A DNA stretch of 59,240 nucleotides, the filler included, from Fonticula-like sp. SCN 57-25 (taxonomy: Eukaryota), in NCBI GenBank assembly GCA_001724245.1. It is 8 parts of 8 records of this genome, joined end to end, with 100 filler letters (N's around TTAATTAATTAA, not from the genome) between each part and the next. Parts side by side here need not be neighbours in the genome. Positions count along the whole stretch, not along the records: positions 7,447 to 14,766 come from MEDX01000375.1; positions 14,867 to 22,488 come from MEDX01000376.1; positions 22,589 to 29,862 come from MEDX01000377.1; 5 more parts are not named here. One strand, given 5' to 3'. Both the position numbers and the translations under genes were made by a program. The notes under the pieces are model-generated. The model had not been told where the DNA came from. It was given only the letters and a program-made list of their open reading frames with translations, and did not search any database. Positions 12,591-25,024 of the stretch are shown in pieces. Every line of letters starts with the position of its first letter. Position 1 is the first letter of the stretch.

Positions 12591-14388
12591 ATGCTTGCAT
12601 CGGCCGTGCTCCGCACTCGCTTTGTCGCCCCGCCGCTTTCCCTCCTGCGCCCCACTCTCTCTTCTTTCACCCCGTCTATAGTCTCCACCCGCCGTCGCTA
12701 TACAATGGTCCGATCGCCCGCCAACGCCGACGATCAGCTGCAGTCCGCGGCAGTCGCCGGTGATGCCGCAGCCGTGCAGGCTGCGATCATCGCGGGTGCC
12801 AAGCTCGACAAGGCCAACGACCGCGGCTTTACGCCTCTTCACTTTGCTGCCCGCTACGGCCACGCCGCTGTTGCGCGCATCCTGGCGGAGCGATCGGGCA
12901 ATCTGCTCGCGCGCACGGCCGACGGCAAAACCGCTCTCGATCTCGTACGCCATGTCGATCGCGATCCGCTTGTGCTGACCTCGCTAGGCCGAGTTCTGGG
13001 GTCACGAAGAGACGGCCTCGTTCCTGAAGCAGCTTGTCGCCGCGCGCGCGCCCAAGGAGACGTCATCGGCACCGGCGATTGAGTCGTCGATCCGCTTCGC
13101 CGACGGCCCGCAGCATCACTTTACATCGGCGCCCGCCCTCAACAGGCGCGCCTCCTTTTTTTTGGATCGACAATACTGACCTGTAGTACTAGGCTGGGCA
13201 ATGTGCGCAAGGACAGCGGCTGGTTCGCGCGCGCACTGACCGAGATGCCGTCGCATTGGCTTCTCCTGACATCACGCAGCATCCTTCTCGACAAGAAGGG
13301 CGCCGTCGCGTTCCTCTCGCTCGAGCAGGCCAGCAAGTACCGCGAGGCCGGCGCTCTTTCCATCGTCCTCGTGCGTGGAAATATAATGTGCTTTACTTTG
13401 TGCTGACGACGCACAGGGGTCGTATGACACGCAGCCTGGCGAGCTGTACTGCGCGATGGATGCGACCGACATTGAACTCGATGGCAACTCGCATCACGAA
13501 GGTACGGTATAGTAACGACCGCTTTTTATACTCAATGAGAGTCCGTAGCGGTCATGGGGGCGCTGGAAGCGTCGATGGAGCCGCTTATTCCGACCACATT
13601 CAGGATGCAGAACAAGGCGCACAGCGCTCTCTTTGCGCAGGCGAGGTACGATATTTGATATCAAAGGCGGTGTTTCCTTACAATATTATAGGTCTATTCT
13701 TGACTGGAACCGCCGCCACGTCTTTTGCTCCATGTGCGGCGGCCGCACAAGTACGTTATTAACATCTTTTTATGACATTTCTTATGTCGTTTGTGATATT
13801 TCTTGTGACTTTTCTTGTGTCTTTTGTATCTCTTCCGACACATTTCTAACCCCTTTCTCAGCGAGTGCCGAGAGCGGATACAAGCGCCAGTGCCACACCC
13901 CCACCTGCAGCGCCTCCTCGCACGTCCAGAGCGTCTCGCACCCCCGCACCGACGCCGTCGTCATCGCGCTCGTCCTCAACCGCGACCGCTCCGCCTGCCT
14001 CCTCGGCCGCGGCCCGCGCCACCCGCCCGGCTTTTACTCGGCGCTCGCTGGCTTCATGGAGCCCGGCGAGTCCATCGAGGACGCTGTGAGGCGCGAAATC
14101 GCTGAAGAAACGGGTGTCCACGTGGGCCGCGTGGCGTACCATTCGTCGCAGCCGTGCCCGTTTCCCGCGCAAATTATGATTGGGTGCATTGCAGAGGCGC
14201 TGACGGAGGAGCTGACATTGGATAAGGAGGAGATTGAGGACGCGCGGTGGTTTACAAAGGAGGAGATTAGGGGGATTAGGGAGGGGAAGGTGGACAGGGA
14301 GGGGAAGAGGGTGACGCTGCCAATGGGGTTTGCGATCGCGTCAAGTTTGCTAAAGACATGGTTGGAGGATCCGGCGGCGCGTCTATAA
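12591..14388 (+). CDS. NUDT12: Ankyrin plus NudC-type NAD(H) pyrophosphatase / deNADding enzyme, 6 introns
   Basis: Ankyrin repeats (GFTPLHFAARYGH, GKTALDLAEFWGH), zinc finger FCSMCG..C....C, Nudix box GFMEPGESIEDAVRREIAEETGV, C-terminal ARL. Confidence 0.88.
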
Positions 14389-14868
14389 AAGGGGTGAGTA
14401 GATAATATTGGTAAATATGTATAATAATAATGGAATACAAGACTGTGTCGATGACTGTGTGACTATGAGTATGGGGTAAACTGAATATGAAAAGTGATTC
14501 ATCCATAGAGAAAGACACTTTCCATGGCACAGACAGCGCATATATATATCTGAACTCTACATGTACAATAACCTGCTGCAGAATACATCTGAGTCTGCCC
14601 TGGATATCTAAACTGTGCTTTACATGCCCATAATATTATGTTACGTATGTGTTTATGTAATAAAATGTACAATACTGATACAAAATTAGTCGTGATTGTC
14701 CTTTTTTGCGAATGGCGCATCGCTTACGAGGCGGTGCGTGCGCGGAGTGAGCGCGCCCTGCGACGCNNNNNNNNNNNNNNNNNNNNNNNNNNNNNNNNNN
14801 NNNNNNNNNNTTAATTAATTAANNNNNNNNNNNNNNNNNNNNNNNNNNNNNNNNNNNNNNNNNNNNAA

Positions 14869-15221
14869 TTCTAAGGCAGGACGGTCAACCACACACAAAA
14901 CACGCGGGAAAAAGGAAAGTAAAATATCACGCCCTGTAGGGCTTAATCGTCTATAAAAACTATATAAACATAAACCTCCTATTATTGTACCAGTATTCCT
15001 CGATCGTATTTTTCGCCACTTTATTAGAGGACATGCGACTGGACGTACGCATTATAGGAAACGGGAAAAAGTAAATACTCCCCTCTTTGAAAATTTTTTT
15101 CTCATTTTTTTTTTCTCATCAAATAGAAGAATTTTCAAAGAAAAAATCGTCAATAAAATCATCATTCTATTTCTTGTCTAGCGGATGGGTCATCCGATCC
15201 CACATAAGGTGTTTCTAAGGC
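14869..15221. other. AT-rich, hairpin-rich segment bounded by the 9-bp direct repeat TTCTAAGGC (candidate insertion or structured RNA)
   Basis: TTCTAAGGC at 14869-14877 and 15213-15221; several inverted repeats inside; no terminal inverted repeats and no convincing ORF. Confidence 0.4.
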
Positions 15222-15241
15222 GCAGGCCAATACAAAAGGTG

Positions 15242-16843
15242 CTACACGCCGCACAGTGCGCGTTGAAACTTTGACAAAAGGCGCCAAAACGAGTTTGATG
15301 GCGCGCTCGATCGCGGAGGCAAGGCCACAAACCTCACCATGGGATAACATTCCCAAATATGTCGTCGCTGGTGTTCAGTGGATATCCCAACCAAATTCAC
15401 GGTGACGAAATAGTCGCTTGTGGAGGTGGACACGGACCCGCCCGCGCCAAACTGCCCAACATGAGTAGAAGCAACCAACCCCGTTCGCAGAGCCGCCGAG
15501 AAACAATCGCTCTCGAGCAGTACTAGAATACGCTCGAGGTACAGAGACGGCTGCTCGTTCTGTGCTGCAGGGCCGTCGCATGACCTTAACAAATGTCCAA
15601 TGACCGGCTCGGTAAGCGCGCGAGCCGTACATCGGTCGCTTCCGGGAAACATTCGAGGGAAAAATACCATGGCAAGGACGCGCTGCTCCAGTGGACTGCT
15701 CACTCCGTACTGACCGCTCCACGTCTCCACAAGGCGCACGATCAGCCAGCGCTGCAGCTCTTGAGCAGTCTCAGTGCCGACGCTGCCCGTAACGACGCGG
15801 TACCAGCCCACGAGATCGTCACCCTCGAGATCAGTTACAATGCACTGAACCGCCAGCGGGACTTCTCCGACCTCGCGTTGGCGGTCCCGCGCAAACGTCC
15901 ACACATGAGGTGCCGGGTCACGGGCAGTGGGCAGAAACCGCGACGCGACGCTCAGAAAATTAAAGCGTGCACGTTCGGAGTAACGTGTCGCAGTGCGCGA
16001 AAGCCGATGCCATTGTCCGATCAAGCGCGAAGAGACCAAGTCCGCCGACGTCAGCACGGCGTAAAAAACATCGGATACACCATCAACAAAGTCATTCCCG
16101 CGGTCGACAAGACCGGCTAGAACGGTGATGAGCTCCATATCCTGAAAAGAGTTTGCGGCTTCGCTGTTGCCGAGGCAGGTGTTTGCAATTGCCGCAACGG
16201 CTGCGGAAAGTGCCTCACTTTGTACTCCACTGCCAGGCAGGGCCAGGTGAAGTGCGCATCGCCGCAGATGGCCGCCTTGGCTTGCCTCAAGTTGGAACTG
16301 TGGCGTGTCACGCGCGCAGCTGGCAATGGCGCGAAGAGACGGCGCAAGCAGGCGCGGCTCATCATTACGCGCAATAAAAATACGCCAAATAAAGTCAAAG
16401 AGCGCCGGAGGTACTGAGCAGGATGATGAGCGAAGTGACCAGCTTGTGACTTGCTGCCGGGTATTGTCTGAATATTTGTCCCGGAAGATTGCAGCAACAA
16501 GGTCCAATGCAACAGCAAGCAGGCAAGTGGAATCATGGTCACTCGAAATGGCAGCCAGCAGTTGGTAGATCCAGTCAACGACGCCGCCCTCAATACACGC
16601 ACGTCGAACAAGCTCGCAGGCGCCGCAGGCGTCTCTCAGCGCAGATACCACGACGACATCGCGTGGAAAATTATTACAAAGATCACGCACGACTGAGGCG
16701 TCATTCAACGGAACAACGTTTAACAAGGAAACATAGTCATTACTTCCGTTCTCCACAAAACAACGCAGACGGCGGTACCGCTCGTGTGGGTCCACCCACT
16801 CCACCGGCGTACCAGAAGATGACCCACTTGCTTGTAACTCCAT
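15242..16843 (-). CDS. Hypothetical ~530-aa helical protein, possibly ARM-like; apparently intronless
   Basis: Long ORF, first ATG at 16843; amphipathic Leu/Ala helices (ACIEGGVVDWIYQLL, AAVAAIANTCLGN). No family recognised. Confidence 0.6.
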   Translation of the reverse strand: MELQASGSSSGTPVEWVDPHERYRRLRCFVENGSNDYVSLLNVVPLNDASVVRDLCNNFPRDVVVVSALRDACGACELVRRACIEGGVVDWIYQLLAAISSDHDSTCLLAVALDLVAAIFRDKYSDNTRQQVTSWSLRSSSCSVPPALFDFIWRIFIARNDEPRLLAPSLRAIASCARDTPQFQLEASQGGHLRRCALHLALPGSGVQSEALSAAVAAIANTCLGNSEAANSFQDMELITVLAGLVDRGNDFVDGVSDVFYAVLTSADLVSSRLIGQWHRLSRTATRYSERARFNFLSVASRFLPTARDPAPHVWTFARDRQREVGEVPLAVQCIVTDLEGDDLVGWYRVVTGSVGTETAQELQRWLIVRLVETWSGQYGVSSPLEQRVLAMVFFPRMFPGSDRCTARALTEPVIGHLLRSCDGPAAQNEQPSLYLERILVLLESDCFSAALRTGLVASTHVGQFGAGGSVSTSTSDYFVTVNLVGISTEHQRRHIWECYPMVRFVALPPRSSAPSNSFWRLLSKFQRALCGV

Positions 16844-17076
16844 TCGCGTCGTCAAACAGCGGCTCTGAGCAAATCGAGAACGTCACACGAAACGTGTCGG
16901 GCACGGTCGGCTGTAACCAAGAGCTTTCCTTCCACTTTTTAGCTCTGGCGGGTACCAGCGGAACTTGGTCAGGCAAACCACACAAGGGATAAGGGTGCAT
17001 ACTGGGTGCATATCTGAACCGACCCAGAACCGACCGAAACCGACATTCTCCCGGAAGTGAAGTGGACGGAGCAGCG

Positions 17077-17944
17077 ATGCCGTTTGTCAGGGATTACAGC
17101 ACCGAGACGGTGGAGGGGGCCGAGAGGCAGCCGGACCCGGACCTTGTAGGTTTCCGGCAAGAGATTCAGCACCGGCGAGAGCGTGCCAATAACCTCGCAA
17201 TGGTCGAAGGTACGCTGTTGATTATCGATTTCAGATGACTGACGGCATCAAAATATCAGCGTCGGACATTGCGCGCGTGTTTAAAAAGCCGTACATTCTT
17301 CGGGTGCGGCTTGTTTTGCGGCTCAATTAACTTTCTTTTCTAATGATGTATTGCAGGTACTTCAATTGCTGACAGAGATTACGACGCTCGTATGTGTCGC
17401 GGTGACTGCCAATCTGCCCCCCGGCATCTACGGGTGGTGCGCCCCCTTGCTAATGGCATGGCCATGATGTTCACACATGCTCGCATTAGGTTTGACTATG
17501 TAATTTATATGACTGCGATGAGTCTTGTCGTCGACATTATCTTTCTCGTCATGTACTATGTCCACAGAGGTGCGCCATCTCTTTCTCGAAGTGATGCGCC
17601 TGACACTTCCCCATCCCCTAGGCGACTCGTTCGAGTGGTGGTGGTTTGAACCGCTTCGCACGCGCATGCCAAAGATCGAGCTTGTGCTCACGGCGATCAT
17701 GGCGCTGCTCAACACGGTGGCGAGCATCCTCTTCTTTGCCAATCTCGGCGTGCTCGAGAATCAGGTGCCGGTGGACAGGCTGGGTGTGCTGCGGGCCGCC
17801 AGCGCGTTCATGCTGTTCACGGCGCTGCTGTGGTGCGCGTCCATGGTGGGCGCTTTTAGAAGGGTCAGGATCATCAATCATCTGCCGCCGGTGCTCGTCC
17901 CGCGATCGGTCCCGTGGAGCCACGCGGACTACACGTCAATATAA
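17077..17944 (+). CDS. MARVEL-domain four-TM membrane protein, 4 introns
   Basis: Spliced product: ILRVLQLLTEITTLVCVA / FDYVIYMTAMSLVVDIIFLVMY / IELVLTAIMALLNTVASILF / AASAFMLFTALLWCAS, the MARVEL four-helix pattern. Confidence 0.65.
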
Positions 17945-18093
17945 TCATTAGTTTGTAAGCTGGGTGTCACCTGTATATGCGAATAGGCCGTATGGCCTTT
18001 TGACATGTTCCCGTATGCAGAGTTGAGCGCAGTATAAGTTGAATATAACCTTTATTATTGGAAAGCCCTGAAGGACAGACGAAAAGTCACAGA

Positions 18094-18105
18094 TTTGGCG
18101 CCAAA
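18094..18105. promoter_or_regulatory. Palindromic E2F-type site TTTGGCGCCAAA upstream of the GCP gene
   Basis: Perfect 12-bp palindrome about 90 nt before the inferred ATG. Confidence 0.4.
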
Positions 18106-18193
18106 TTCGCAAATCGTGTGTCAGCACATCGGTCGACGAAACGGTGCATCGATCGTTGCGCGCCTGCATCGCGATTGTGCAGGGCCGGCGACG

Positions 18194-21000
18194 ATGCAAG
18201 GGGCGTTGTTAGACGTCCCCGACGTCTTTAACTTTGACGCCAATGGTGCGGGGTGTGCTTTTTTGGTTGTTGGCTAACCTTTTTTAGACTATGCGCCGGT
18301 ATCGGATCTCGGACTGTCCGCGCTCGATTTCTACGATGAAGGTGCGCTGGATCCCCTTGCGTAACGCCACTGACCACTGCAGCAGATCCCTCTGACGACG
18401 GCGACGGCGCACCACCAGACATCTTTTCACTCAACACTGAATGTACGTTCATTATTTCCTTTTCCTTTGTCTGATTCAATTTAGTCCTCGATGCCGCATC
18501 GGCCGCCGCCCTCTCGTCCCTGATGGAGGCGCAGTGGGAGAGCGCGACATCAGATCGTCTCTTTGGCGCACTCGACCTCCCGCCGCGCCCCGCCCGCAGC
18601 CCGCGCCACGTGTCGCTCTCCATCCCCCGCCTGCCGCCCGTCCCATTTGACATCGCCCTCACTGTCGCGCCCCGCCGCGAGCAGGCCGGCCCTCTGCCTG
18701 AACCTGTTCCTGCTGCTGCTGCAGAGGTTTCACCTGTTTCAAAGGACAATTCGCAGCCACGTGAGCCCGCTGCGCACCTTCCATTAATTACAGACGCGCC
18801 GAGCGCCGTTTCCGACGCGGCGTACTTTTCTCTCCTTCACGACGGCCGCGACGCGCCGCTCGCCCTGACCGACGCCGAGGCGCTCGTCGAGCTCACAAGC
18901 GTCGCCATGGGCGTCGACGGCCCACTTGCCACCTTTGACGTCGGCGCCGCGCGCATGTCGGCGCGTCCGCTGTGCCGCATTGGGTCGCTCGGGTCGCGCG
19001 CCACGGCCGCCGCCGTCGAGCAGTTTGCGCCAATGGGCACGGCGGCGAGGCGGCTGGCGGCGCTCGCCGAGCGGCAAAGAAAGGAAAACGCACCGACAAT
19101 GCTTGCAAATGCGCACTTTTTGGAGACGGCCGTGCGCGACGCCATTGGGCAGTTACTTTCGCTGCATTCGCACGGCGGCCGACCGGCGACGCTGCACTTT
19201 TTCATGCTGAAATCAGAGCCCGTCCGCCGCCGTTTATGCTTTATTGCCCAAATGTGCGGCTGCGACGCCGACGAAGCTGCGCCGACCGCCGCGCCGCCGT
19301 TTGCCGCGCTTTACCGCATTGTGGCGTTGTCGGACGGCGGCGGCGACGCACTCGGAAGTGTCGCACAAGAGTGGCTTGACGCGCTGCTTGCGCCGACACT
19401 CGACTGTCTTGGCGTGTGGCTTTTTACGGGCAATGTTCCATTATCATCAAGACAAGAATTTTTCATTTCATTCAACGCCGATGCTGAGCGGTGCGCACAT
19501 TTGACACACATTTGATCGATTTTTGTGCTAAACGTATATTTAATTAGGTCAGAGGCATGGTGGACAGAGACGGCAAAGGTCGCGAGCGGTGTTGAGGCGA
19601 CGTTACCGGCGCTTCGTGAACATGCAGCGGACATTGTGCGGTGTGGCAAGACAGTGAGGATGCTCAAGGGCCTCGAGTGCAACGTGCCGAACGCAGCGGC
19701 GGCACTCTTCGAGTGCGAAAAGTTCGTTTTGTATTTCTAATGCTCACATTAATGATCTATTGTAGGTTTCTAAGGCCACAGGAGATGCAAATTGGCAATG
19801 AGTTTGCAATGACGCCGGTGCCTGATGCACTGCCCTTACCTTCTGTTAACACTGATAATGTCCCTCTGCCAATCACACTGCACGAAAAGCTCATCAAACC
19901 GGTATGTGAACATTTATTGTATCATTCTGCTCACTGTGCGTTGTAGATGCGGTCGTATATAGCCAATGTTGACCGTGCTGGCGTCGAAGCCCTTCTTTCG
20001 CGCGGCCATCTTCGTGCCTACCTCGACACCATTCAATCGTACGCCTTTCAACACCAATTACACATTGTTATGATGCTAATTCTTGTCTAGATTGTTCCTA
20101 TTGGGCTCTGATGACTTTGGCGCTCAACTGTGCGACGCCCTCTCGTCTTCCATCTCTTACAGCGACGCCTCCTGCGAGCGCATCCGCTGCCGCGTCCCAT
20201 CGACACTCACCCTTTCCCTCGCTCTCTCCACCCACGTCTCTTTTCTCCCCGACCCCTCTTTCATTGCCCCTCACCTGAGCCTCACCGTCGCCCAGCTCTC
20301 TTCCCCGCCGCCCGACCTCCTCGTGCTCGTCGACCTCACCTCGCTCGCCTTTCGCGCGCCGTTTCCCGCCACTTTGGCGCTCATGCCGCACGTCATGGAT
20401 GCGCTGCACCGCGTGTTTCGGCTGCTATTGCAGCTCAAGTTTGCGAGCCGGCTGCTTAGCGAGGCGCTCTTGTACGGCGCGGCGCGCGGCAGCAATGGTG
20501 GCGCAACGGTGGCGCAACAGCAGCAAGACGAAAGTGGCGCAACAGTGGCGCCACTCGCGTCGATTTCGGCAGTTCACCGCCTTCGCTTCCTTCTCCAGCA
20601 CCATGTCGACACGTTCATGTACCATTTTTACCACGTGGGCGTGCGCGTCACGTGGACAGAATACGAAGAAAACCTTTCGCGCTGCGCGTCACTCGACGAT
20701 GTTGCGCGCTGCACGCGCCACATGGCCGACACGATGGCCTACCGCTGCCTGCTGACGCCGCGCGCGGCCCGTCTGGCGGGAATTATTCGCGGAATGTGCA
20801 ATGTGGCGGTGCGGTTTGCAGTGGCTGCGCGGCAGCAGGAGGACGGGCGAGGTGGGCGGTACATGACGGTGGAGCGCGTGGCGGGGATGATGGAGCGCGC
20901 AGAGAGGGGGGCGGAGGCGTTGAGGGTGACGCTTGCAGGGTTGGCTGAAAGAGGATATCAGCCACATTTGCAGGGATTGGCGGCGCGACTTGGCCATTAA
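18194..21000 (+). CDS. Gamma-tubulin complex component (Spc97/Spc98 family), 7 introns
   Basis: WLFTG...EFFI, DIVRCGKTVRML, HLRAYLDTIQSLFLLGSDDF, FRAPFPATLAL..LHRVFRLLLQLK, SLDDV; the specific GCP paralog is uncertain. Confidence 0.75.
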
Positions 21001-21288
21001 AATTGTACTTTTATCGTGTATCAATAGAGTGAATAGAAGAAACAGTTGGACATCTACTTTGCTGACTTTCTCCAGTATTTTGATAGTTAGCAATGGACCT
21101 TTATGGGCATTCCATAAGTGTCACCCCGGAATCCAGGGTAAACTTTCAATCTTGACCTTTTCATCGGTAAAAGAGGCGATTATTATTTACAATGCAGTGA
21201 ACGAAATTAAACCAGTCTTGCACAAACATCTCGTGTCCGCGGGCGCCGCACCGTGCTCTGCTCGATTCAGCGTGCGCGACGCACTCGA

Positions 21289-22488
<1,200 letters not shown>

Positions 22489-22588
22489 NNNNNNNNNNNN
22501 NNNNNNNNNNNNNNNNNNNNNNNNNNNNNNNNTTAATTAATTAANNNNNNNNNNNNNNNNNNNNNNNNNNNNNNNNNNNNNNNNNNNN

Positions 22589-23034
22589 GCCTCAACTACA
22601 TCTTCCACGTCGGAAATAGTCGTGCAAGATGAAACTGTCAATCGCTGGACGGTAAAGGAAATCCCCCAAACTTCTGACGAAACCCGACCTGCGCTGCCGA
22701 AATGCAGAGATACTTCCGATTGCGTCGCGGCGCTAGTGTCCGTAAATTCGTCCACGGTAAATGAAGGAAGAATTGGGTTTGTTGGGAATTCCGACGCATC
22801 CTCACGATGAAAAGTGATTCGCATTTCGTCATCGAGAAGGCGCACAGAAGCACGCATCGTTGTTGCTCGAGTTTGGAACGCAAATGCAGTTGCTTGGCGC
22901 GGCAGCCCAGCGACAGTCTGCCTACCGCTATTGTAAAACGCGAAAGAGGAGCAAGCCGCCTCTTTGTCGCATTCAGACCAATAAAACGACTTGCCTACGC
23001 CACCGAACTGAAAAATGTACACGTCAAGGTCCAT
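22589..23034 (-). CDS. Possible hypothetical protein fragment running off the contig
   Basis: ATG-initiated ORF of ~148 codons; no family recognised and strand not certain. Confidence 0.3.
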
Positions 23035-23539
23035 CGTCGCACGACGCCCTCAACGGAAAGGAAAGTGACTGGTGATTTTAGTAATTTGTGGAGTTGATGA
23101 CAGATTTGTTTGCCGCTGTGTGATTGGCCGAAGCCGAAGCCTTGTAGTGATGATGATGATGCGAAGACACGTATTGCAGTAATACACAGCTGAACAGAGG
23201 TTGCAATCAAATGACGGCTCATTTGTGTTTATTACGCGCTGGTGTTCACTATATGGCCAGAAGGCAACTCCAACGAGAGTGTCTGTGTCCGGATCGTCGC
23301 CAATGAGATCGGGCGTGTGGGCATCAGCGATGCCTACGCCAGGTCAGTCGACATCCAGCTGGCCTGTTACTATTCTCAAATGAACAATAAGCGTAGCAAA
23401 TCCACTCCTATTAAAAACGAAAATTGATTACACAAAAGTCGAACGAATAGCCGCAGAGAGATCGCCGCCTGCCGGATGACAAATACTAGCCGAGCATCTT
23501 GAACGGCACCTGATCATAGCGAACCCAAGGAGACCTAAA

Positions 23540-24456
23540 TCAAAGACACGGTGAGCACCCTCGCACATACACGTAAACAGGTTCGCACTGTGACGGCGGC
23601 AAGCTGTCGGTGGAAATGCCCTCCATGTCATCGAGCATGTCGGCGGACTGGCTGCCGTAGACATCAGCGACATCCTGGCTGTCGGCCGCACCACTCCTTT
23701 CCCGGAACGTGTTTGCCTCGAAAAGGCTGTTTATCAAAATGGTTAACAAAACGAGCGCGTCGCGAGCGGAGCGTACTTTTCGGCATTGCACGTCAGAAAG
23801 ATGATCCGTTTGAGGCGCTTGTTGTAGAAAAAGTAGTGAAACGACCACCTAATCAAGAGTTAAAACTAGAAACACTATAGCATGGAAGAGGCATACAGGC
23901 TCATGCACGGGCCGTCGGCGTAAGGGTCCGAATCCGTCTCGGGGTGGAACATGTAAATGTCGCTAAACGAATGGCCAGTGAGCGCGCAAAAGCTTCTCAA
24001 AAGTGACGCGCACCTTTCGGCAAGAATAATTTCGCTATCAATTGCCGCCCACATTTGCGACGCAAGGTCCGCGGCATGCGGGCCGAGGTTGGCGAGCGAC
24101 GAGTTGATTGAATTGGCCACCATCGGCAGCGACTGCTGCTTTGAAAACTGCGATGCGCGCACGTCCCGGAAATCATAGTCAGAAAACGAGGCGTTCAACG
24201 TGGCAATTAGGTAAAAAAGCGTTTTGCGGCTAGCGTGCTGGTCGAGCGGCCCAAAGGGCGACACAATGCTCAGCTCGGCGTCGTCCATCTCGTCGCCCGT
24301 CCACTTTGCCTCGAGCGTCTTGTACAACCGCTTGTCCTCGCCGACCGTCTTGCACGAATAGGCCTCTATCCGTCCAGAGATACGCATCTCGTTAACCTCG
24401 ACCGCCGCCAGAGCAGCATTCACCTGGTCGAGGGAACTCACTTCAAGGTACTTCAT
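23540..24456 (-). CDS. MAF1: RNA polymerase III repressor Maf1, 3 introns; 3' end approximate
   Basis: MKYLE..GRIEAYSCK..DKRLYK, SRKTLFYLIATLNASFSDYDF, SLWSFHYFFYNKRLKRIIF, acidic tail. Confidence 0.93.
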
Positions 24457-25024
24457 GGCGCCGCCGCCGAGTCGTTGCGCTGCTGTTGTGTTGACGTGCG
24501 AACAGCGGGTAGTCGATAAACAGCTACCTCGAAATGTGCAAACTCATCCACGTGGTCGTGCAAGGAGATGCCGAGGCCATGGCGGGACGGCCCCAAGATT
24601 CAAAGAGAATGGTCCGGCATCATAAACGAATGTTTCTTTGCTGTAAAGAAAATAGGCCGGTCAAGCAATGTGCATTCAAAAGTTTGGTTTTTTGCAAGGG
24701 AGATCATCTTTCCCGTCTGCGATGCTGCTGCTCATGATCGCCACGTACAACGAATCGTTCCCATAGATCTAGGACTTGTCACTGTGGAGGAAATACCGAT
24801 ATTCCCACGTTACATTGCTTTAGTCACCAGATCATTCAACAGATCGTCTGCCCGACGTACCGGGACTGTAAAGTTCAGGGCTGAACCACCGCAAAAAGTT
24901 GCGCGCTCCCGCCTAGTCGGACGCGGAGTGACATTCCTGATTGGTCGATTGCCTGCATCCCTGCCAATCATTGGTCCGCGGGATTCCATTCCTTTTGTTT
25001 GTTTTTCGCTTTGGCTTCCTCGTG

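Noticed and set aside
15177-15196. Hairpin next to CTAG as a Helitron 3' end
   Set aside because: CTAG abuts the stem without the usual spacer, and Helitrons do not make target-site duplications.
17051-17059. CCGGAAGTG ETS-like site
   Set aside because: Single occurrence in a promoter, and ETS factors are considered animal-specific; probably chance.
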